A stretch of 64,000 bases of DNA, from contig CBDCJO010000002.1 in the NCBI GenBank assembly GCA_965217865.1, forward strand, positions 2,784,001 to 2,848,000. Direction: 5' to 3'. The DNA comes from Candidatus Latescibacterota bacterium (GTDB lineage Bacteria > Latescibacterota > UBA2968 > SICM01). The notes under the pieces are model-generated. The model did no database searches and had not been told where the DNA came from. It worked only from the letters and a program-made list of their open reading frames with translations. Positions 57,056 to 64,000 of this stretch are shown in pieces (position 1 is the first letter of the stretch; each line of letters begins with the position of its first letter). The translations under genes and the position numbers were made by a program.

Positions 57056-58214
57056 CCGGATACTGTTCGTGGACGATGAACCCAGCCTCCTTCAAGGGAT
57101 CGAAAGGATGCTCTTTAAGGAGCGGAAACGCTGGGAGATGCGGTTTGAGCTGAGCGGATCGGACGGGCTGAAGGCGATTGCCGAGAAACCCTTCGATGTC
57201 GTGGTGGCGGACATGCGCATGCCGGAGATGGACGGGATCGAGTTTCTTACCAAAGTGAAGAAAACGACACCGGACACCGTCCGTATGATGTTGACTGGCA
57301 ACGCCGACCTGGAAACGGCCATCGGCGCGGTGAATGCCGGGAACGTCTTTCGTTTTATGACCAAGCCGTGCGAGCACGAGACTCTGGTCGCCATGCTGGA
57401 GGCCGGCCTGGAACAGGTCCGGCTGATCCGGGCGGAAAAGGAACTGCTGACCCACACCCTGGGTGGGACGATCCAGCTGCTCTCCGAGATGCTTTCCATT
57501 GCGGACCCCAAGGCCTATGCCAAGGCATTGTGGATGCGGAATATGGTCAAGCACGTTGTCGATTCCCTCCAGACCCCGAACAGCTGGGAAGTCGTGCTCG
57601 CCGCAATGCTGTGCCAGATCGGGCGCCTCACACTGCCGATTGAAGTTGTTGCCAAAGCGGATGAGGGAAAGGGATTGTCACAGGAAGAGAAAGATATGAT
57701 CGCGCGTATTCCGGAGATCGGATACAGCCTCCTGCAAAAAATTCCACGCCTGGAAACGGTGGCCACGATTATCCTTTATCAGGAAAAGCGCTTTAACGGA
57801 ACGGGTTTTCCCTTAGATGAAGTCTCCGGTGAAGAAATCCCCATCGGCTCGAGGATCTTAAAGATCCTCTTCGACCTGTCCAAGCTGTCCTCGATAGACA
57901 CAAAGTACCAAAGACTCACGATTATGAACAGCCGCAGCGGATGGTACGATCCCGAACTATTGGAGATGGTCTTCCCGATATGCATGGGCTCTGAACAAAA
58001 ATTCATCGCATCGGATTCAATACGGATCACACTCGACGAACTCCACATGGGTCAAAAACTGGCCGCAAATATCGAAACCGAGGAAGGGCAGATCGTCGCG
58101 CTCGCGGGAAGCAGGATCTCCCCCACTATCATGGCAAAGATCAGGAACTTCGCCAGTTTGGGAGTGGTAAAAGGTCCTTTTCTCGTCGAGACCGGAACCA
58201 TGGTAGATAGTTGA
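57048..58214 (+). CDS. Response regulator with an HD-type (degenerate HD-GYP) output domain
   Basis: ILFVDDE, DMRMPEMDG, AAMLCQIG and FNGTGFP..IPIGSRILK; the metal-binding His residues are absent. Confidence 0.85.
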   Translation: MTDRILFVDDEPSLLQGIERMLFKERKRWEMRFELSGSDGLKAIAEKPFDVVVADMRMPEMDGIEFLTKVKKTTPDTVRMMLTGNADLETAIGAVNAGNVFRFMTKPCEHETLVAMLEAGLEQVRLIRAEKELLTHTLGGTIQLLSEMLSIADPKAYAKALWMRNMVKHVVDSLQTPNSWEVVLAAMLCQIGRLTLPIEVVAKADEGKGLSQEEKDMIARIPEIGYSLLQKIPRLETVATIILYQEKRFNGTGFPLDEVSGEEIPIGSRILKILFDLSKLSSIDTKYQRLTIMNSRSGWYDPELLEMVFPICMGSEQKFIASDSIRITLDELHMGQKLAANIETEEGQIVALAGSRISPTIMAKIRNFASLGVVKGPFLVETGTMVDS

Positions 58215-58255
58215 GAGGTTGTAGAGGTCCACTTTTTTTGCGGACAAGAAATAAA

Positions 58256-59044
58256 ATGCAATTAAATAAAAGTGCAACGATCGATATCTATCCACCAGAC
58301 CGGCAGGGGGTCGGGTCTTTTGACGGGGGGAAAATCACTGAGATCAAGCCCATAGATTTTCCGGGCGGCACTTCACAAACCCAGCGAATCGGTCCGCTTT
58401 TTTACTGGGCGTGGGCTTCGGCCAGAGGCGACGGGGTGATCGGCCTGCACCCGCACAAGGGATTTGAGATCATCAGTTATGTGCTGGAAGGCGAAATCGG
58501 CCATTCCGATACGCTCGGCACAAAAAGCCGCGTTTCAGCCGGCGGCGCACAGGTGATGCAAACGGGTTCGGGTGTCTCTCATCAGGAGGAAATGTTTGGG
58601 GAGAAAACGGAATTTTTCCAGATCTGGTTCGAACCCCATTTTCACAAGGCTGTGAAGAGGGACGCGACTTACGGGGAATACCAGCAACAAGATTTTCAGG
58701 TTACGAACGAAGACGGCGTCCGTGTTAAAAAGGTGATCGGCGAAGGCGCCCCCGTCTCCCTGGTTGCAGAAGTAGAAATGGATGATATTACTCTCCAGCC
58801 GGGTAAAACGCACTGTCGAAACCTTGCAGCAGGACGTATCCTGGCAGCCGTTACCGTGAGCGGCGAAGGGATTTGGCTCAGCCCTGAAAACGAGGACACC
58901 GTGGCCGTCAAATCCAGATATTTTTCGGTGATTGAAGCAGCTGAGGACACGGAAGTTGTCGCGCAGGCAAACCGAGAGACCGAATTGCGCCTGGTGATCA
59001 TAGAAGTCCCCCGGAAAGTGGGCTATCCCTTATACGGGGAGTAG
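58256..59044 (+). CDS. Pirin family protein
   Basis: HPHKGFEIISYVLEG..H.DT.G..QVMQTGSGVSHQE..FQIWF. Confidence 0.92.
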   Translation: MQLNKSATIDIYPPDRQGVGSFDGGKITEIKPIDFPGGTSQTQRIGPLFYWAWASARGDGVIGLHPHKGFEIISYVLEGEIGHSDTLGTKSRVSAGGAQVMQTGSGVSHQEEMFGEKTEFFQIWFEPHFHKAVKRDATYGEYQQQDFQVTNEDGVRVKKVIGEGAPVSLVAEVEMDDITLQPGKTHCRNLAAGRILAAVTVSGEGIWLSPENEDTVAVKSRYFSVIEAAEDTEVVAQANRETELRLVIIEVPRKVGYPLYGE

Positions 59045-59194
59045 CTACAACCGCCCGTGGGATCTTCGACTACTCTTCAATATCCGGACGTCCCGAAACA
59101 AAAAGGTCGCGAGTACAATCCTCGCGACCTTTTCTATTCACCCCGAGGGCGGTTTCAGAGAGAAGATTTCTGGTTCCAGAGGCAGGGCTCGATC

Positions 59195-59563
59195 TTATTG
59201 CGCTGTTTTGTTCGCAGGATCCGCAGTTTGTTTCGGGATTTGTGTGTGAGGCTTTGGGGGATATATGATGGCACCCCGCTCCACAATCGGTACTATATTA
59301 ACGCGGGGAGGTATCCAGCCTCGTGTTCTAAGGTGATTAATCTTGTAATCGATCATCGGATCCGGTCGGACCATCCCGATCTTGTAATCTATTTGTGGGT
59401 CCGGTTTTATCGTCGGCATCCAACCTCTGGTCGGAGGTTTAAAAAGATCAAACCGATCTGCTTTCCACATCGGAAATTTTAGAGAGTCCGCACTCGCGCT
59501 CACATCGGACGATGCGCACAGGCCGACCAGACAAAGAACGCCAAATCCTATTCGAACCTTCAT
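59195..59563 (-). CDS. Small secreted Pro-rich protein with internal repeats
   Basis: GGAGG RBS; signal peptide MKVRIGFGVLCLVGLCASS; PDPQIDYKI/PDPMIDYKI repeats. Confidence 0.6.
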   Translation of the reverse strand: MKVRIGFGVLCLVGLCASSDVSASADSLKFPMWKADRFDLFKPPTRGWMPTIKPDPQIDYKIGMVRPDPMIDYKINHLRTRGWIPPRVNIVPIVERGAIIYPPKPHTQIPKQTADPANKTAQ

Positions 59564-59680
59564 CGTCCCTCCTAAATTATCAATTAATTTTTGGTTCTTC
59601 AAGGCCCTTCCCATACTCCCCGAACTTCCTCACTCCCATATGCCATTTCTCTCCCGTTTGACGTTTGCAGTTTGCCGTTT

Positions 59681-61114
59681 TCACACCGAGTAACTCTTCA
59701 ATCCGTCGTAAACCGTCCGGGTCGAAACCTTCAGCACGGCCGTAAGCGGCACCGCGATGATCATGCCCAGCACGCCGAGGAGGTGACCACCGATCAAAAG
59801 CACGAACACGATCGCGATCGGGTGAAGGTCCACATTCTTGGCCATGACCATCGGGGAGATAAAGACCCCGTCCAGGAGATGGATGACCAGGAAAATCCCG
59901 AGCACCGGAATCGCGGCCTGGGGAACCCCGTACTGGAAAATGGCCGCGGCCGATCCAAGCAAGACACCCATGATCGCCCCGAAGTACGGGATGATGCTTG
60001 CCAATCCCGTAAAAAGGCCGATCGCCAGGTAATAATCGAGCCCGATGAGCCACAGACCCAATATCGACAGCCCCGAAACGATCACGGCATAGATGATCAA
60101 ACCCCGCATATAGCCCCCGAGCTGTTCGTCGATACGGTAGAACAGATTCAGGACCAACTCGAAATATCGGTTGGGCACAAGGGCGATCAGGCCGCGTTTG
60201 AGCGTCCCTCCCTCGCTCAAGAGGAAGAAGACCACGAAGGGAACGATCACGACATAGGTGATCCACGAGATCAGGCCGCCGATCAGCTCCGGGGTCTGCT
60301 TGACAAGATTTGTCGAGGTCTTAGACACCCAGATCGAGACCTCCTCTGCCAGATCGACGCCGCGAAGAATCGGAAGGTAGCCTACGAACTGGGGCTGGAG
60401 CGCCCGAATTTTATCCATAAATTTGGCCAGATAACTCGGCTCCACCTCCCCGATGTACCACGCCGTATCTGAAACGGCAATGACCGGCCAGTATGCGTTC
60501 GACTCCCACTGGAGATCGATGTGTTTCCGGGGAAGGCTCGAGGACGGACGGTTGGCTTCCAGCCAGATGCCCACCGGATCGTTCGTGCGTTTGGGATCGC
60601 TGCTGTAGATCTGAAGTTGAGTCCAGACCGGTTTGGCCGTGGGAGGTGAGAATCGGACGGTCACATTGACCTGTTTGAAGGGTTCGACGATCAGGGGAAA
60701 ATCCGTTGGATCGATCACATCGAGGCCGACCTTCTGGGAGGATTCGATCTTTTCGACGGTCAGATCCTGACCGCCTACGTTAGAGATGGAGAACGTCCAG
60801 TCCCTCTTTTCCCCCGCGACACGTTGGCTGAGATCTTGAATTTCGTTGACCAGAAACGGACCGATAAACAGGGACGCGGACACAGTTAAAAGCAGTAAAG
60901 TGATGTAGAGAATCAGCACCCCGAAGATGCGTTTGATCCCTTTCGATTCCATCCCATCCACAAGCGGTCCGACGATATAGGCAACGAAGAAGGCCGTCAG
61001 GAAAGGCAATAGCGTGGAGCGGATCAGGTAGAGCAGCCAGACGGCGATCCCCACCCCAACGACAACCCCAACGGCTTTGAAAACCTGGAGACCGCTCATC
61101 TCCTTACTTGCCAT
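59681..61114 (-). CDS. AI-2E (UPF0118) family transporter with an inserted Ig-like domain
   Basis: LLPFLTAFFVAY, LGGYMRG, IPYFG, LHP and GMIIAVP; soluble insert ISNVGGQDLTV..VRFSP..IYSSDP. Confidence 0.88.
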   Translation of the reverse strand: MASKEMSGLQVFKAVGVVVGVGIAVWLLYLIRSTLLPFLTAFFVAYIVGPLVDGMESKGIKRIFGVLILYITLLLLTVSASLFIGPFLVNEIQDLSQRVAGEKRDWTFSISNVGGQDLTVEKIESSQKVGLDVIDPTDFPLIVEPFKQVNVTVRFSPPTAKPVWTQLQIYSSDPKRTNDPVGIWLEANRPSSSLPRKHIDLQWESNAYWPVIAVSDTAWYIGEVEPSYLAKFMDKIRALQPQFVGYLPILRGVDLAEEVSIWVSKTSTNLVKQTPELIGGLISWITYVVIVPFVVFFLLSEGGTLKRGLIALVPNRYFELVLNLFYRIDEQLGGYMRGLIIYAVIVSGLSILGLWLIGLDYYLAIGLFTGLASIIPYFGAIMGVLLGSAAAIFQYGVPQAAIPVLGIFLVIHLLDGVFISPMVMAKNVDLHPIAIVFVLLIGGHLLGVLGMIIAVPLTAVLKVSTRTVYDGLKSYSV

Positions 61115-61138
61115 AGCTGATCCCAACGATTAAAACGA

Positions 61139-61693
61139 TTATTCTGTTGAACTGGATATTCGTGCCTCGCCCACCTCAGCCTCCCGGTCCTTCTGTGACT
61201 TTGCCTCCTTGAGACATCGATTGGTATATCGAAGCCGCTCCGAGACGATCATGGAAAGCCGAACGATGACGTGGATTCCCAACCTGGGACGTTGATCGCA
61301 CAGCGCCAAAAAATCGGACCTGGAAAGACAGAGAAGACTGCTGGAACGCACCGATCTGGCGGTTGCCGTCCTGGGGACGTCTTCGATCAGAGCCGTCTCC
61401 CCGAAAAACGTTCGGGGTCCGAGGTAGACACGTTCTCCGAATGATCCCCCCTCGTATCCCTCCCGAATTTCAACCCCCCCCTCAAGGACGATATAGAGCG
61501 TTTCGTCCGTTTCTCCCTCTCGGAAAACAGGCTCATCCGGGGAACAGCTTCGCTCGCGCATCGCCTCCGCCACCTTGCGGCGTTCACGTTTCGACAGGCC
61601 TTCGAATATCGTGACCCCCGACAGGGGATCGCTTTCCTCATCCCCCTTGGCTAATCGTTCCCTGATCCATTTTCCGATCTTGATGAAGACCAC
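61139..61693 (-). CDS. Cyclic nucleotide-binding domain protein
   Basis: IFEGLS..VFREGE..LYIVLEG..FFGETAL..PRTATA. Confidence 0.92.
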   Translation of the reverse strand: MVFIKIGKWIRERLAKGDEESDPLSGVTIFEGLSKRERRKVAEAMRERSCSPDEPVFREGETDETLYIVLEGGVEIREGYEGGSFGERVYLGPRTFFGETALIEDVPRTATARSVRSSSLLCLSRSDFLALCDQRPRLGIHVIVRLSMIVSERLRYTNRCLKEAKSQKDREAEVGEARISSSTE

Positions 61694-61718
61694 AAAACCC
61701 TCCTTCGTATACCCAACT

Positions 61719-62498
61719 TCAATTTTGGTTCTTCAATGACGCTTTTACCTTGTCCTTGAAGTGGAGCGACCTGAGGGGACGCCGGTTTTCGGTGTGGTAT
61801 TCGAGGAACCTCCCGAGGGCCTTGCGAACTTCCTCCGGGATGATCTTCGTATGATCCAGTTCATGAATAGTTTTCGAATCGCAGGACTGTAATTTGTAGA
61901 GGTAATGAATCGTCGGTTCCTGCAGAAAGAAGGAGCCTTCAACGCCTCCTCCGCATCCACTGCAGACAAGCCCGCCTCTGCTGGGACTGAAGCGCGCCTT
62001 CCCCTTTTTCCAACCCTTTTCGCAGACCGTGCATCGGTCGAGGTATGGCCTGTACCCAAGCGCCTCGGCCGCGCGGACCTGGAAAAACCAGAAGGCCGTC
62101 TCGGACATGCTTCCGGGCAAGGCTCCGAGGCAATCCAGCGACGCCTTCAACTTTCGAAAGAGCTCTGTATTGGCAGCCTCCTCTATCGTTATATGATCGG
62201 TCAACTCGGCAATCGCACTGGCATAGATAAGCCGGTCGAGGTCCGACCTGACGTTTTCAAAAGGGTCTAAAATGTCACCTTCGCTCAGGGTCTGAAGGTC
62301 GCGGCCTTCCTTGTAATAGATAATGTAAGTCCCCTCCGTGAACGGTTCGAGGCTGGCACCAAATTTACTCTTGGGCCTCCTGGCCCCTCTCGCCGTTGCT
62401 TTCACCTTTCCCAGGTTCTCAGTGTAAAGGACGACCACCTTGCTGGTGTCGCTCATCCGATAGGTTCGTAAGACGATACCGTCTGTTCGGAGAATCAT
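61719..62498 (-). CDS. recO: DNA repair protein RecO
   Basis: GIVLR..GKVKATARGARRPKSKF..LEPF; CxxC zinc motifs. Confidence 0.95.
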   Translation of the reverse strand: MILRTDGIVLRTYRMSDTSKVVVLYTENLGKVKATARGARRPKSKFGASLEPFTEGTYIIYYKEGRDLQTLSEGDILDPFENVRSDLDRLIYASAIAELTDHITIEEAANTELFRKLKASLDCLGALPGSMSETAFWFFQVRAAEALGYRPYLDRCTVCEKGWKKGKARFSPSRGGLVCSGCGGGVEGSFFLQEPTIHYLYKLQSCDSKTIHELDHTKIIPEEVRKALGRFLEYHTENRRPLRSLHFKDKVKASLKNQN

Positions 62499-62625
62499 GG
62501 TATTCACGGCGTGAAGCGAATCTCGTGATTCATCGTTCGTGATCCGTGATCCGTTCGTTATGCTATGCCGCTTATCACGATCCACGGGTTTTGCGATCCT
62601 CGATCCGCGGATCCCGTTTCACGGT

Positions 62626-63036
62626 TTATTCCGCTCTCGACTCCGGACTTTCCTTTTCCCGGACTTTTTCGTCCGCCGTCTGCCGTCTGCCGTCTGCGGG
62701 TTTCCCTTCGTAAACCAGGTAGACTTCCTCCCCCGGTTTGATCATCCTGTAGCGCTCTCTTGCGATCTTTTCGATCGTCGGAAGATGGTTTTCCAGGAGG
62801 TGGGCCTGCTTTCGAAGCGCTTCGGTTTCCATCTGGATGCTCTCGAGCTCCCTCTTCAAGTGTTCGATCCGGAGTTTCTGATTCCGAATCCGATAGAGCC
62901 CGTAATCTCCCCCAACGAATTCATAGACCGCCATGATCAGGACCGCAAGGAAAAGGATCCCCTTGATCCGCCGCCGGGATGAGACGGCCATTTTGGGCTT
63001 AGGCCTCAAAAGACGGGACAGCATGTTCAACCCCAC
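62626..63036 (-). CDS. ftsB: Septum formation initiator (FtsB/DivIC family)
   Basis: TM-GDYGL-coiled coil-IEKIARERYRMIKPGEEVY. Confidence 0.88.
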   Translation of the reverse strand: MGLNMLSRLLRPKPKMAVSSRRRIKGILFLAVLIMAVYEFVGGDYGLYRIRNQKLRIEHLKRELESIQMETEALRKQAHLLENHLPTIEKIARERYRMIKPGEEVYLVYEGKPADGRRQTADEKVREKESPESRAE

Positions 63037-63076
63037 TCCTCATTGAAAATAAAAGTCCCGGACTGAGGGGGAATCT

Positions 63077-63463
63077 TCATTCTTCAATGATATCCTTGTA
63101 TACCTTCTCAGGAGCGAAAATCCGCTCCCCGTCAGTCACAAAAACCCCGTTCTCCACACGCCTGTAAAAACAGGAGCGATAACCCGTGTGACACGCACCT
63201 CCGGTCTGTTCAACCATAAACAGCAGGACATCTCCATCGCAGTCGATCCGAAATTCCCTGATGCGCTGTACGTGTCCCGATTCCTCCCCTTTGTGCCAAA
63301 GACCCCTCCTGCGAGACCAGTAGACCATCTCCCCCGTATCAAGGGTCTTCTGCAGGCTTTCGGCGTTCATGTGGGCGCACATCAGAATGGCCTTACTCGT
63401 CACATCCTGCGCGATGGCCACGACCAATCCACGATCGTCGAATTTGATCTCCCCAAAATCCAA
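63077..63463 (-). CDS. hisI: Phosphoribosyl-AMP cyclohydrolase
   Basis: [27 protein letters not shown] and [10 protein letters not shown]; TTG start inferred. Confidence 0.95.
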   Translation of the reverse strand: MDFGEIKFDDRGLVVAIAQDVTSKAILMCAHMNAESLQKTLDTGEMVYWSRRRGLWHKGEESGHVQRIREFRIDCDGDVLLFMVEQTGGACHTGYRSCFYRRVENGVFVTDGERIFAPEKVYKDIIEE

Positions 63464-63504
63464 AATGAAAACCTCAGCTAATTTGTGTTTCCTTTTGCCA
63501 TTTC

Positions 63505-64000
63505 CTATTCCCTGATCTGACCGTCCCCATACACGACCCACTTATATGTCGTCAGTCCTTCGATGCCCATCGGTCCCCGGGCGTGAAGCCGGTCGGTGCT
63601 TATGCCCACCTCTGCGCCCAGCCCGTATTCAGCGCCGTCCGCTAATCTAGGCGAGGCGTTGATCATCACGGAGGACGAATCGACGCGACGCACGAACGCC
63701 TCTGCGCGGGCGTGGTTGCGGGTCACGATCGAATCGGTGTGCGCTGACCCGTAACGCTCGATATGCTCTATCGCTTCATCAAGCCCGTCCACCACCCGCA
63801 CGGCAAGAACCAGATCCAGGTACTCTGCGGACCAGTCCTCCTCCGTAGCGGGTTTCGCGTCCCCCAAGACGGTCCGGGTCTGCTCGCAACCCCGTATTTC
63901 CACACCGGCCTCCTCCAGCAGGGATCCGATCCGCGGAAGAAAACGCTCCATCACGGCTTTGTCCACAAGAAGCGTCTCCATGGCGTTGCAGACACCGGCC
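63505..64000 (-). CDS. proA: Gamma-glutamyl phosphate reductase (partial)
   Basis: [19 protein letters not shown] and [24 protein letters not shown]. Confidence 0.97.
   Translation of the reverse strand, partial: AGVCNAMETLLVDKAVMERFLPRIGSLLEEAGVEIRGCEQTRTVLGDAKPATEEDWSAEYLDLVLAVRVVDGLDEAIEHIERYGSAHTDSIVTRNHARAEAFVRRVDSSSVMINASPRLADGAEYGLGAEVGISTDRLHARGPMGIEGLTTYKWVVYGDGQIRE

Overview
GC-rich bacterial DNA. The dockerin-like 'DFDGxGxVDFDDFFLFAxAFG' C-terminal tags suggest Ca. Latescibacterota or a relative (inference only). The window opens with a 23S rRNA gene (about 112-3137) whose 5S partner (5718-5835) is displaced by a 2.4-kb FG-GAP/ASPIC-UnbV (CRTAC1-like) exported-protein gene. That gene has a single in-frame TGA (DG-U-S-C) followed by a bacterial-SECIS-like hairpin, so it is a candidate new selenoprotein nested in the rRNA locus; this is the top finding. 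Housekeeping and accessory genes follow: actP/DUF4212, MFS, ogt, lon, hsp20, NHL proteins, PhyH enzymes, folD, FapA, tRNA-Arg, tRNA-His, sat, rfaE2, xylA and aroA. A beta-propeller histidine kinase has loops carrying in-frame REP-derived insertions. An 18-kb array of paralogous hybrid kinases and response regulators is broken by an IS3-family and an IS630-family element. The window ends with recO-ftsB-hisI-proA on the minus strand. Many genes are broken by homopolymer indels, nonsense codons and short deletions, probably a mixture of sequencing error and real decay. Intergenic regions are full of REP, DUF559 and heptamer relics and local duplications. No CRISPR array was seen. All family calls come from motif recognition by eye; no searches were run.
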